The notes beneath the pieces are model-generated. The model saw nothing but the letters and a program-made list of their open reading frames with translations. It was not told where the DNA came from and did no database searches. This document shows, in pieces, positions 49,090 to 61,999 of a stretch of DNA of 64,000 nt (its first letter is position 1; every line of letters starts with the position of its first letter). The DNA comes from Squalus acanthias (Eukaryota), in the NCBI GenBank assembly GCA_030390025.1, contig CM059432.1:79362001-79426000 (forward strand). Direction: 5' to 3'. The position numbers and the translations under genes were made by a program.

Positions 49090-52000
49090 GGAAATAAATA
49101 AAAGGCCTGTATAGGTCAGGAGTGGCTGTTCAGTTACAAAAGAGAAGATAAACTGCTGAATATTTTCATGTATGACTCATATTTTCCACTGCAAGAGGCC
49201 GCTAATTTCAGGAGCAAAGTAAACGTGACTAAAAAGTAGTGGATTGGAGGTAGAAAACAGACTATTTATTTGTGTTTAGTGCTGCTCTGGTGATTACTCC
49301 CCTGCCAAAAATGGATTAACGATCAACAAAATTTTTGCTTTTTAAGGTCATTTACGAGGAAGTCATGCAGCACTTTGTAACTGCACAGTCAAATCAATAT
49401 TGTTTTTTTACTCCAATGAGCTTAATAAACAAATTAATTAAAAGTACTGTCAGGCCAATAAATATTGCTTAGAGGGGAAAGGAAATCTTCAAAATCTCTT
49501 TTTCCTAGGCCACTACAGAGCTAAAGGTGGCTACACAGTAGACATGCAAATCTGCATTTGCAGCCACAGCATATCTACTCAAAAAAATAATGTAGTACAT
49601 CAAAATAGTTTGATCAGGCTACAATGTTGGAACTGCCACGTGATACATCTATGATTGCTACTAAGAGTCTGAGGACATGCAAGGCATTATAGGTAATTTG
49701 GGATTTGCTCTGCTGACGTTCAGTTATTTTCAACCAAAATTGCACTCCATAGCCAAATAAACAAACGTTGACATTGATACCAGTTAAGTGCGTAGTTAGC
49801 TACTGGAGATGTGTTAAAGGATTATTACAGCTGCACTGTGATTGGATAAGTTTTTTCATTTCTGTTTACAAAATTGCTTTCTCAGAAATTGCAGTTTTCA
49901 GTTTGGTGTCTTTCTATGTTTTAGTTAGTTGTCCATTAATTTCAACCATTTTTAGGAAACAGGAATTTCAGCCCCTAAAATGGGTAATTAGTGTGCAACT
50001 TTCAGCATTTAAAGTCTCAGCTGTTGTACAAAGTAGAACAGTTTGTATATATAAGCACTTCTGAGTGTTGGTTTTCATGGTCTGATCAGGAAATAGTACA
50101 TTTAATTTAAAAAGAAAAAACAAACCAAGTTAAAAAGTAGTAACTTTATTGCTGTGTAATTGAAAACAAATTTGTAGCCGAGTTTCACTGCAGTTCCTTA
50201 GTTTCATCAGTCTCACAATTCACTCAACAGATCTGTATAAACAACGTGAATCAAGCGTTAAATCATAATTCATCGGAGGGGTACATCACTGTTTTCAATT
50301 AGCTCCTGCTGAAAGGCCGATCTTTTCATTCTGCAAAAATAACAGCAGTATGGTTTCTTAACTATGGATCCAAAGTAAAAACAAAATAGCACATTATATT
50401 AAGATTGCAATCTCACCATTGGGAGCCCTCTTAAGATGAAAAATTAAGAATTATGAACTTTCTTTTGTTTTGTAGCACACGTAAATATTATTGCTTACAA
50501 AGTGAATGCTGATGACATCCTGTGTACTGACGAGATGTATGGAGTTGGAGGAAATGAATTAATATTGATACCGCCATTTAACACAGAACTGCTGCATCAT
50601 CAACTACTTGTTAGGCTAACTTCCTTAAAGTTTCAAGATCAGTAACCCTCTCAAGACAATAGCCCAATGATCTTTTCAACATGTGTCCTTTAACAAGAAA
50701 AAAAATGGCCAAAATTGAAAAGAAAAAGTTCTGAAGATAGCCATTAACTTTTCAAACAATTAGTTATCAATCAAGGGCAAGTGTATCTTGAGGTTATTTT
50801 CATACAAACCTCCTTAAAACAAGAGATTCTGCACATTGATACAAAGTGTGCATCAAAATTTACCATTTTGAAGGCCAGTCTACGAGTAAACGTTCAGCAG
50901 TGTTGAGGATCAATAAATTTGGTCAGTAGTGCTTCAGAGAAACACCCCCACCCCCAACACATCATTACATTTAGAAAGGGAGAAAATGAACAGCTTGTTG
51001 AAAACAGGACTCAAAGACAAATTCTCTACTTAACAGGGAAAATGATGCTGAAATGCTTAACTTCTGGATGTGCTGAAGCTCATAAAATAAAATCCAATTG
51101 CTCTCAATCAACATCACAACCAATTCCACATGTACGAAAATCCATTCAGAAAAGGATATTTTCAGAACTACTCCCATATTTAAAGAAGGTACATTATTTT
51201 CCAGGGTAAAATTCTCTCTCTAAGATGCATCTTATTTTCGCTCTTATTCCTTCTAGATTTTCCCTCATCACATACCATCTGCAACTGAAGGAAGGCAATG
51301 TGCTCACACCACTGCTCTGAAATTGGCCAATAATTAACACTTAATGGCAGACTAAGGTGGAGTCTCTTAAAGGGAAAGTGCAATGGTTGAAGTCATCCAA
51401 AATTTATTTTACTATAACTTATCTTTGCCTTGGTCTTTGGAGGTTTCCTAGATTTCAAGTTCTAGACAGCTCTAGGAGTAAATCTAGAAGATGCAACATA
51501 AAGTACCCAACAACCACCATTCCTCAGCTGGGATTGTTAGGTTCCAGTTGTTGTGGAGACAGCAAGAGGTGGGAAATCTTGAACAAGCATTGAGAGAAAC
51601 TGGAATCAACTGCAGATGGACAGAAATATACAACTTGCATTCTGCTTATTTAAAAAAGGAGTACTTGCATATGAGCAAACATTTACCCACTAATGGAGAA
51701 AAATGAACAGAAGTGGCAGGGCTGGCTAAATTATTTTATACTGTGCAGAAGCAGGCACAGTCACATTGGGGACAGCTCTAAGGGAGGTTGTCCACTGTGA
51801 TTTTTCTCAGTGATCGATCCACCATACTACCCTACTAGATTTACAGGGTTTCTGTCTCTGAGCTATACAGACTAGGAAGGTCCCAGGTTTGATCTCCACT
51901 ATGTGCTGTTAGCTGATTTTAACCAGGGAAGTGGTAGAAGAGTTACAATTGAGCATGATGCTAGGGAAGGATATAAATGGCCAGGACTCCCACACTTGAT

Positions 52001-52540
52001 TGCTCTATAGCCACACTATTGGAAGTATATTTGTATGGACACTAGGTGAGGACATGGTTTGGCTGTGGTGTCCTCTAGTCAGATAACATGCCAGCACTCA
52101 CCATCAAGCTCACACATGAGCTCCTGACTAAGTTAGTGGAGAGTGACAAATGTCCACGGAACCATACTCGTCGAGGAGAGGGGAGGGGAAAGAATAGAAT
52201 ACTGAAAAAATGTATTACCAAGTTAATGCTGCAGTTTTTTTCAATATTAGTAAACAACTACTAATCCAATTATTTGTAACTTTCTGAAAGAGAATGTAGA
52301 TGAAAAGTGAACAGACATCAGCATGTGGAGTTGATGATTGGCTGATTACAAATCACCATGTACTAAACGTGTACACGGACAAATTTCTAAAAATATTTCC
52401 CACGGATATGTGCATCTTCTGGAATTATGGTCATCTCCAATTTGGCTTATTAAGGATCACAAGCAATTCAAGCTTTCTGAATGCTTTCAATAGAAACAGT
52501 TAAACATTTGTAAATCATTTTCTTCATGCATCAGCATATT

Positions 52541-52662
52541 ATAGAATCATAGAAATTTAGGGCACAGGAGGCCATTCGGCCCAACGTGTTTGTGCCGGCC
52601 ATAAAAGAGCTATCAGCCTAATCCCACTTCCCAGCTCTTAGTCCGTAACTCTGTAGGTTATA
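52541..52662 (-). mobile_element. CR1 3' UTR fragment
   Basis: Matches 26578-26700. Confidence 0.8.
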
Positions 52663-53071
52663 GGGCCTACCTAATTCTATATGCTGTATAAGTTATGTTT
52701 CTTTAAACTGGTAAAACAAGTTTGAAGTAACATAAACCTGTTATATAGACAGTAATTTTCACAAATAAGAGACAGTTATTGAGTTAATAGCAATTAATAG
52801 TAAATGTTTAACAGTTATTAGTTATAAGGAGTCAAGACATGGAAAAATGTTGTGCATCAGATTTGCATACCTGAAAAGGTACACAAGTAGAATAGACAAA
52901 AAATATCCAATGATCTATTTCAAAAGGTGCGTGGGCAGCTTTGCATTGAATGAAATAACCAATTTAGATTGTGGCCTAAATGCTTATGTGTTTGATAATA
53001 TCACACTCCTGGACATCAGCTCATTTGAATGGAATATTTGAAATTTTAGTCCAAATAAATAAATTTTTATC

Positions 53072-53158
53072 TTGCTGGAAACTCAGAACAAGCAGATATC
53101 CACATGATTTTTCTATCAGATGGGTAAACGGCAAAGGTAATCATCACAGTTCCAGCAA
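53072..53158 (-). ncRNA. SNORD87: C/D box snoRNA SNORD87 (U87), copy 1
   Basis: 9-bp terminal stem TTGCTGGAA/TTCCAGCAA; C box GTGATGA (53141-53147); guide TTTGCCGTTTACCCAT then D' CTGA (53116-53119); D box CTGA (53083-53086). The guide is complementary to 28S rRNA GGGUAAACGGC and matches the recalled human SNORD87 guide. Confidence 0.9.
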
Positions 53159-54715
53159 AAATATGTGCCAAGTTGCAAAAGTATTTGTACATATTTATTA
53201 CAAATCATTAATCACATTTACCTTTGTCATAGTCATTGGAGAATCAGCCTAGGACCGAGCATTCCTTCACACAGCTACCAGAATATGTAGACATGGTCAT
53301 CACCTGTAATCATTTATAATATGCAAAATTAATGACTAATGAAAGAAAATGTGGCCAAACATTTTATAAACTTTTAATGCATTTAACAAGTCTTAATTAC
53401 AACTGACATCTGAAAAAGCATTAACCTTATTCCTAGAGTTCACTACATTTCAGCGAACAAATCTAAGCCCAATTAGACACCAAGCAGGACTTCATATGTT
53501 ACTAATATAGTTGCATCACTTGTAGAATTTTATAAAATATACAAAGGAATGCAAAACATCTATGAAATTATGTTCACAATTTTCTTCCATTTTAAAATAT
53601 ATAAATAAGAGAAGCTTCTAAGAAAAGCTGGCCAAGCTAACATGGGACTTTTACAACTATTTCAAAATTTTCAAAATCAAATCCAAACACAAATTGAGAA
53701 AATGAAGTAACATAACATCCCAAGATTCTGGTGATAGGGATTAAAGTTTCAATTTTAACAAATTACAAAATGTGGCATTTCTTATTTTTCATGAACTCTT
53801 CTACATATTAATATCCATAATGAGAAACGGCCAATGTGATCCTTCTGAAGTCTAGATACCTTGCTATCTGAATTCGCTGTGAGACTATAGCTTCATTTTT
53901 TAAATAATAATTTTCAACATTCAAAACAAATTTCAAATCCAACCTATTTGTTTCATTAATGTACTCGGTTTTGGTTAAATCAGCTGTAGTTAGTCCCAAT
54001 TAATCAGGGATTTTATAAAGACACCCAAGCTCTAGAACTGCAATTTATCATCAATCTTTAAGCATAATATGCCCACTGTGTTACACGCACTCCGCAACCT
54101 CAAACTTTAGGAAAAACTTTCGTATATTAGATAAATTTTAGTACCAGTTACATCTGTAAAAAAAAAACCTGGATTTAACATTTGCACCAGAGCTTGAATA
54201 TAATTAAAATATCAAATACTTGATATATTTAAATTAAACTTTTCTATTATAATGTATGGACTATAAGAAATGCTGACCACATTTTTTTTTAAACTAGTCA
54301 ATCTGCTGTGTCATTGCACAGATGGAGTCAAAACCAAGTCCAGTATTAAGCTCAAGCAAATTAGAAATAAATGAGATAACTGGACCCAGTTAGGGGAGGG
54401 GAGAGGAGGCGGCAGATGGGAGAGAGAAAAGGAGAGAACAGAGGATAACACAAGAAAAGGAGGAGAGGGGGATGGGTAGGTGAACCATGCTGGGGAAGGT
54501 GATGGAATAGAGGGAGCAACAGAAGACAATGAAGAGGTGTATGGCACTGGTCCAGGGTCCATTTCTTCACAGTGGTAGTGAGGGGAGACAGTGAGTGTGG
54601 AAAGGTGGGGGGGATGTGGATGGAAGAGGGTCTGTGGACAGGGAAGGAGAGGAAGAGGGGACAACAGTGGATGGAGGACGGTGGGATTGGCCGGGGAGCT
54701 GCTCTGGGCCAGGGC

Positions 54716-54861
54716 CAATGTTCCCTTTAAGCTGCGCGGATGCGCTCTGCAGCTCCCGCGCAGCCGGTTCACCGGCTTTTAAATCAGAAAAAACGCGCAT
54801 GCGCTATATTTTGAATGGGCCGTGCACCCCCCACCCCCCGCAAAAATTAATGGGAATATTG
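54716..54861. mobile_element. hAT-type MITE (146 bp)
   Basis: TIRs CAATGTTCCCTTTAA / TTAATGGGAATATTG; 8-bp TSD GCCAGGGC / GCCAAAGC (6 of 8 match). Confidence 0.7.
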
Positions 54862-55719
54862 GCCAAAGCCCAATTCCACCTCCGCTGTGGGGGTTGTAGG
54901 GAAGAGAGAGAGCTATTCCACTTGTGGATAGGGATAATGTTAGATGGTAGGTTTCTGGCTCAGGGTGAGGGATGGTGCTGAGTTGCTTCTGAGTGAGATG
55001 CTGGAATATGCAATAGTTGTTTCTCAGCCGTGGGTGTGGTGTGTTGCAGGGGGGGCGGGCGGGGATTGCTTCTTACTGGGTGGGGTGGGGTTGAGTTACT
55101 CTTCATGGGAGACAGGAATAGATGAATCTATTCAGTGGGAAGGAGGGAAGGACATGCTTCAGCTCAGCAGAGAATAGGGATTTGCTTTTAGATGGAGAAA
55201 GAGGAAGGCAGAGTTTGTGCTCAGAGTGGGAGGGGAGGAAAGAGGCCAGTGAGCAGACATTTCTTTGGTAAAGGCAGAGGAAAAGTTGTCTTTATCCTCA
55301 GTGGGGAGAGCATTGGAGGCCAAGTTTGTCCTCAGTGGGGGACACTAAATTGTAGAAAAGATCATAACCTCAAATCGGATAAGTCTAACAGGGGGAATGG
55401 CAGGATCTCTATCCTCAGTAGAGGGCAGGGAAAGCTAGCTTTGCCCTCAGTAACCAGGTTGGGGAGGGTTTGGTCAAATTTCTGCTGTGAGGTGGATGGG
55501 AGGTAAATAGCAGGATTTCAGGTTAGTGGGGGAGGGGAGTTTGCTGGTGGCATTTCTGTTCAGTGTGGTGGGTTGTCGGAGTTCTTCTGGAGGGATGACT
55601 TGTGTACTGATTCTACTCAGTGTTGTGGGTATGCCGATTTCAACACAGTGGGGAGGCAGTTGTGACCTAATTGCTGTTCGTAATCTAATAATGACGGGCG
55701 ATGGTGGGGTGGAGGTTGA

Positions 55720-58700
55720 TTTTTTTTAAATTCGTTTATGGGATCAGGGCGTCGCTGGCAATGCCAGCATTTATTGCCCATCCCTAGTTGCCCTCGAAAA
55801 GATGGTCTTGAACCGCTGCAGTCCGTGCGGTGATGGTACTCCCACAGTGCTGTTAGGAAGGGAGTTGCAGGATTTTGACCCAGTGACTATGAAGGATCGG
55901 CGATATACTTCTAAGTCAGGATGGTGTGTGACTTGGAGGGGAACTTGGAGGTGGTGGTGTTCCCATGCGCCTGCTGCCCTTGTCCTTCTAGGTGGAAGAG
56001 GTCGCGGGTTTGGGAGCTGCTGCCGAAGTTGCTGCAGTGCATCTTGTAGATGGTAGACACTACAGCCACGGTACGCCGGTGGTGGAGGGAGTGAATGTTT
56101 AAGGTGGTGGATGGGGTGCCAATCAAGCGGGCTGCTTTGTCCTGGATGGTGTCAAGCTTCTTGAGTGCTGTTGGAGCTGCACTCATCCAGGCAAGTGGAG
56201 AGTATTCCATCACACTCCTGACTTGTGCCTTGTAGATGGTGGAAAGGCTTTGGGGAGTCAGGAGGTGAGACACTCGCTGCAGAATACCAAGCCTCTGACC
56301 TGCTCCTGTTGCCACAGTATTTATGTGGCTGGTCCAGTTAAGTTTCTGGTTAATGGTGACCCCCAGGATGTTGATAGTGGGGGATTCGGCGATGGTAATG
56401 CCATTGAATGTCAAGGGGAGGTGGTTAGACTCTCGCTTGTTGGAGATAGTCATTGCCTGGCACTTCTGTGGCGCGAATGTTACCTGCCACTTATTAGCCC
56501 AAGCCTGAACGTCGTCCAGGTCTTGTTGCATGCGGGCATGGACTGCTTCATTATCTGAAGAGTTGTGAATGGCGCTGAACACTGTGCAGTCATCAGCGAA
56601 CATTCCCATTTCTGACCTTATGTTGGAGGGAAGGTCATTGATGAAGCAGCTGAAGATGGTTGGGCCTAGGACACTGCCCTTAGGAACTCCTGCAGCGATG
56701 TCCTGGGGCTGTGATGATTGACCTACAACCATCTTCCTTTGTGCTAGGCATGACTCCAGCCAGTGGAGCGTTTTCCCCCCCACCCCGATTCCCATTGACT
56801 TCAGTTTTACTAGGGCTCCTTGATGCCAGACTCGGTCAAATGCTGCCTTGATGTCAAGGGCAGACACTCTCATCTCACCTCTGGAATTCAGCTCCTTTGT
56901 CCATGTTTGGACTAAGGCTGTAATGAGGTCGGGAGCCGAGTGATCTTGGCGGAACCCAAACTGGGCATCGGTGAGCAGGTTATTGGTGAGTAAGTGCCGC
57001 TTGATAGCACTGTCGATGACACCTTCCATCACTTTACTGATGATTGAGAGTAGACTTATGGAGCGGTAATTGGCCGGGTTGGATTTGTCCTGCTTTTTGT
57101 GGACAGGACATACCTGGGCAGTTTTCCACATTGTCGGATAGATGCCAGTGTTGTAGCTGTACTGGAACAGCTTGGCTAGAGGCGTGGCTAGTTCTGGAGC
57201 ACAAGTCTTCAGCACGATAGCCGGGATGTTGTCGGGGCCCATAGCCTTTGCTGTATCCAGTGCGCTCAGCCGTTTCTTGATATCACGAGGAGTGAATCGA
57301 ATTGGCTGAAGAATGGCTTGTGTGATGGTGGGGACCTCGGGAGTAGGCCGATATGGATCATCCACTTGGCACTTCTGGCTGAAGTTGGTTGCAAACGCTT
57401 CAGCCTTGTCTTTTGCACTCACGTGCTGGGCTCCACCATCATTGAGGATGGGGATATTCTTGGAGCCTCCTCCTCCCGTTAGTTGTTTAATGGTCCACCA
57501 CCATTCACGACTGGATGTGGCAAGACTGCAGAGCTTTGATCTGATCCGTTGATTGTGGGATCGCTTAGCCCTGTCTGTAGCATGCTGCTTCCGCTTTTTA
57601 GCATGTATGTAGTCCTGTGTTGCAGCTTCCCCAGGTTGGCACCTCATTTTTAGGTACGCCTGGTGCTGCTCCTGGCATGCGCTTCTCCACTCCTTATTGA
57701 ACCAGGGTTGGTCCCCTGGCTTGATGGTAATGGTAGAGTGAGGGATACGCCGGGCCATGAGGTTACAGATTGTGGTGGAATACAATTCTGCTGCTGCTGA
57801 TGGCCCACAGCACCTCATGGATGCCCAGTTTTGAGCTGCGAGATCTGTTCTGGATCTATCCCATTTAACATGGTGGTAGTGCCACACAACACGATGGAGG
57901 GTGTTCAGTGTGAAGATGGGACTTCGTCTCCACAATGACTGTGCGGTGGTCACTGCTACCAATGCTGTCATGGACAGATGCATCTGCGACAGGTAGATTG
58001 GTGAGGACGAGGTCAAGTAGGTTTTTCCCTCTTGTTGGTTCACTCACCACCTGTCGCAGGCCCAGACCGGCAGCTATGTCCTTCAGGATTCGGCCAGTAG
58101 TGGTGCTACTGAGCCACTCTTGGTGATGGACATTGAAGTCCCCCACCCAGAGTACATTCTGTGTCCTTGCTACTCTCAGTGCTTCTTCCAAGTGGTGTTC
58201 AACATGGAGGAGTACTGATTCATCAGCTGAGGGAGGGCGGTAGGTGGTAATCAGCAGGAGGTTTCCTTGCCATGCTTGACCCGAAGCCATGAGACTTCAT
58301 GGGGTCCGGAGTCAATGTTGAGGACTCCCAGGGCCACTCCTTCCCAACTGTATACCACTGTGCCACCACCCCTGGTGGGTCTGTCCTGCTGGTGGGACAG
58401 GACATACCCAGGGATGGCGATGGAGGAGTTCGGGACATTGGCTGAAAGGTATGATTCTGTGAGTATGACTGTCAGGCTGTTGCTTGACTAGTCTGTGGGA
58501 CAGCTCTCCCAATTTTGGGGCAAGTCCCCAGATGTTGGTGGGAGGACTTTGCAGGGTTGATTGGGCTGGGTGTGCTGTTGCCGTGACCGTAGCCGGTGCC
58601 GGGTGGTCCGTCTGGTTTCATTCTTATTATTTTGTTTCGTAGCGGTTACTTACAACTGAGTGACTTGCTAGGTCATTTCAGAGGGCAGTTAAGAGTCAAC

Positions 58701-58952
58701 CACATTGCTGTGGGTCTGGAGTCACATATAGGCCAGACCAGGTAAAGATGGCAGATTTCCTTCCCTAAAGGACATAATCCGATAGTTTCACGGTTGCCAT
58801 TACTGATACTAGCTTTTTATTCCATATTTATTTAATTAACTGAATTTAAATTCCCCAGCTGCCGTGGTGGGATTTGAACTCATGTCTCTGGATCATTAGT
58901 CCAGGCCTCTGGATTACTAGCTCAGTGACATTACCACTACGCTACCGTTCCC
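55720..58952 (-). mobile_element. Full-length LINE family T: tRNA-like 5' head, single EN-RT ORF (frameshifted), no ORF1
   Basis: A box TAGCGTAGTGG (58934-58944), B box GTTCAAATCC (58870-58879). EN from about 58620 (GELSHRLVKQQPD, YRPP, GDFN, SDH). RT 55911-58043 (ALDIKAAFDRVWH, GSVLGP, FADD). Short poly(A) at 55720. Confidence 0.9.
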
Positions 58953-61228
58953 GTTATGGCTGTCTTTCTGCTTAGCTTGGGGAGGAGGGAGGTGGGGGGA
59001 GAGAATGGGTTAAGGGATTTCTGTAGGGTGGGGAATAGTGATGTGCGATTACTGCTCAGGTGTGGGTGCCCTGATTTCGGCTCATGGGATGGTGGGGGGG
59101 CCATTCCCTAATTTCTGATCAGTGGAGGGTGTGGGGTAGGTGATAAGTTTTCTGCTCAGTGGTGTGGGGAGGGGCTGGTTACCCTAACTCTACTCACCAG
59201 GGATGGGGCATTACTGGTGTCTGAGTGTCCATCACCTAATGTGTGTTTCTTGAGGTGGGGGAGGCAAATCTTGGCTCAGAGGCGGATGTTCGCTGCGTTT
59301 TTCTCCATGGATTATGAATTTACTTTCTATGATATGATATCTATAATATCTGCTCAATGGGGAGAGATGGGTTGTTCACCATTTCCTGTTTGCAGACTCT
59401 GTATTTTCACCACTCTTAACTTTGGCCTGTTATGGCTCGTTGGAGTGGGTGAATTGGCCACTGAGATTCATTCTATGGCTTCTTGCTGAAGTAGGCTGCC
59501 ATTTGTTTGGTCAAATTCTACTCAGTGGTGGGGGTGGAGAGGTAAGGGGCCATCTGACTTCACTGGGGGTGGGTGGAAAGAGAGGAACGGTGCCAACATC
59601 AGCTGGCCAACAATCAATTTATACACGCTTGCCAGGCTTTGGGTGGGGGGGATTCAAGTTAATGTCTTCTCCATGCTTTTATTTATTTCATGCTAACTGT
59701 GGGCCTGCAAGTTTCATGTTTAGTCATTTATTCTTGTAATGTTTTCCTGCATGTTTACATTCTCTGATTGCAACTCGGACTTTCAATACTTGCAATTTAG
59801 TTTCAGGAGTTTCATTTATCTATACTGCAAAGTTTTATATCTTTCTTCCATGTGCCTTTGCTCATCCTGGGGGCCTAGTAGCGCATTTGCTTTGCGAAAG
59901 GGAATGCTTTTTCACTGTTTGATGTCGTCATGTACTGTTTGGTGCCGCCCCACCGCAGTAAATTACAATTTTACAATCACACAGAAGTATAAAGATTGTG
60001 GTAATAATATGAACCATTAAATTCTAGCCTAGAAGTTTAGATCTACAGCCAAAAAACAGCAGACGACAAGAATTCCTCTGCTTGGATAGTTGTATCTCCT
60101 ATTCAAACATAAAATGTAATCTTTCACTGTAGTTGTTTTGGTCGTGCCCTTTTTTGGTGATAGTTTATGATCTTGAGTACGTATATTTTTGTCCTGCACT
60201 ATTTCAACTGTTTAATTCAAAATTCCTCACCTGCAGAAGTTGGGCAGTCACGTCAGAGAGCTGCTCTGGTAAGAAATTCAGAGTACTTACGATAAGAACA
60301 ACCCATTCTGGTTAAAGCTTCACCCATTTCCACCAGGATGAGCAGACTGTTTTCCAGGAAACCGGCTCAGTGCAGTCAATGAATGGCATCTTGCTGGTTA
60401 AATACTAAAATCACCTATAGGCTGATTAATGTCCTCACTCATACTTACATTTGGCTGTGACTCTGTACTTTGCTCAGAATGCAATATATTTTTGTGGGAA
60501 CTGACATGCCAACAAATGTGTGAGAATAAACTACAGAGTTAGCAAATGAGAACCTCCTTCTCATCTAACATCTAAAAGGAACTTGTACATATCATGGTAT
60601 CAGCTGAACAAACTAGTCAAATAAAATCAGCTTTTTTATTTCTCTACCCAGGGACCGAAAGAGGGTCTTTTCCCCAGTCTGCAATCTCATCAACAGAGAA
60701 CCCAGGCACGTGAATACACTAGAATGAGGAACAGGCAATGATTCCACCCCACCCCCCCCACACCCTTCCAGTCAGAAGAGTTCATTAATAAACTGTGTCT
60801 CAGCAACAAAGTGGATCACACCACTCACTTTAACTGCCACAGTATTTGCCTACAGAACAGACACTACACATCAAGCAATTCATCTCTGAAGCACTTTGTG
60901 ACATTTCAAATGGTATAGGGGACTATATAAATTATGTATTGTATTACAACATGGCGGACGGCAAAATAATCTCTCTAAATTGAATTGTAAAGATATGTTA
61001 AAGTTTTTATTTTCATAATGCACCAAACCACATATCCTATTTTGGATTAATACTGCCACTTCCAAAAAGCTAACACTTTAATAGACCCATCTGTTTCTCA
61101 ATGAAATGAACACATACGACTATGTAATTTAACTGGACAGTAATGACTTGTTACTTCAATGGTCACATTTGTTGTCTCAAAAGATCTGTGTTCTCAAAAG
61201 ATCTGTTTTGAGGTACTGGATATTTTGA

Positions 61229-61310
61229 TGCTGGAAACTCAGAATTATAAGACATCCTCATTTTAGTATCAGATGGGTAAACGGCAAAGATATTCATCAT
61301 AGTCCCAGCA
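61229..61310 (-). ncRNA. SNORD87: C/D box snoRNA SNORD87 (U87), copy 2
   Basis: Stem TGCTGG/CCAGCA; C box ATGATGA (61294-61300); identical guide TTTGCCGTTTACCCAT plus D' CTGA (61269-61272); C' ATGAGGA; D box CTGA (61239-61242). Confidence 0.9.
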
Positions 61311-61999
61311 AAAATCCAATCCAACGCAAACATATAAATTCTTTGTAAATTACATACATTTAAAAAACCTTTAAACAGGGTAGTTTACAAAGCTCCCCAA
61401 TAGAATCCTTTGTAAACTATCTCTTGCAGGTACTACTAATCACAAGAAACAAATATATAATTTTACCTTCTTCATATTCACCAAAATGGCATTGCTGTAG
61501 ATAAAGGATCAATCCAGACATCCTGCATTTCTTACAGGAAGAATTTTCAAATTGTGTGCATCAGAGGTCTGATGAAGATATTTGTCATCTGTAACAGTTA
61601 TAATGACATATAAACTAATGAAGTCATGATTTTAATTTTCCAAGTTCTAACAAAGAGTCTACATCCGAAACAATAATCGGTCTTTTCTCTTTTCAGAAAT
61701 TGATGGAACTGATCTGCATTTTCAGAATTTTCAGCTTTTATTTCATGGCTTTACTTGCTGTTCCTATTCAACACTGATAATTGTTGGCCTTCATTACCAA
61801 TTGTACAAGGCTGATAGTAGAATTTTATAAGCCTTGTACAAACAAAATGGTTACAATGGACCACATGCATTGGCAATTTAAAGCTCCAAGCTTGTACAAG
61901 ACAGTGGTTGAGTAAAATTTAAACAGTATACACCAAAGTTAAAACAGCCATTTTCATTTTGTGTAAAAAAAAATAGGCTACTAGTGATAAACAATGCAA

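Larger units (their letters stand above)
50125..61588 (-). ncRNA. Putative non-coding snoRNA host gene (SNHG6/U87HG-like), partial
   Basis: Candidate exons with AG/GT borders at 61467-61588, 53222-53303 and 52871-52975, plus a terminal exon of about 50125-50330 (TTATTTTTGCAG acceptor, AATAAA at 50145-50150). The 53222-53303 exon has stops in all frames. SNORD87 copies lie in the introns. Confidence 0.5.

Noticed and set aside
1..50000. MCMDC2 or TCF24 exons expected from human synteny with SNORD87
   Set aside because: No matching peptide was recognised by eye; small exons could have been missed, and tBLASTn would settle it.
51160..51272. Minus-strand GTGATGA...CTGA as a third C/D snoRNA
   Set aside because: No terminal stem, no D' box, and no recognisable rRNA or snRNA guide.
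54370..55715. G-rich region ORFs (also 58955-59660)
   Set aside because: Low-complexity purine-rich sequence with short ORFs and no domain; only the 146-bp hAT-type MITE is supportable.
58865..58952. A tRNA gene
   Set aside because: A and B boxes are present, but I could not fold a convincing cloverleaf and the sequence is the head of a dispersed retroelement.
53222..61588. Protein-coding interpretation of the exons next to the snoRNAs
   Set aside because: The 53222-53303 exon has stops in all three frames, and no known protein was recognised in either exon.
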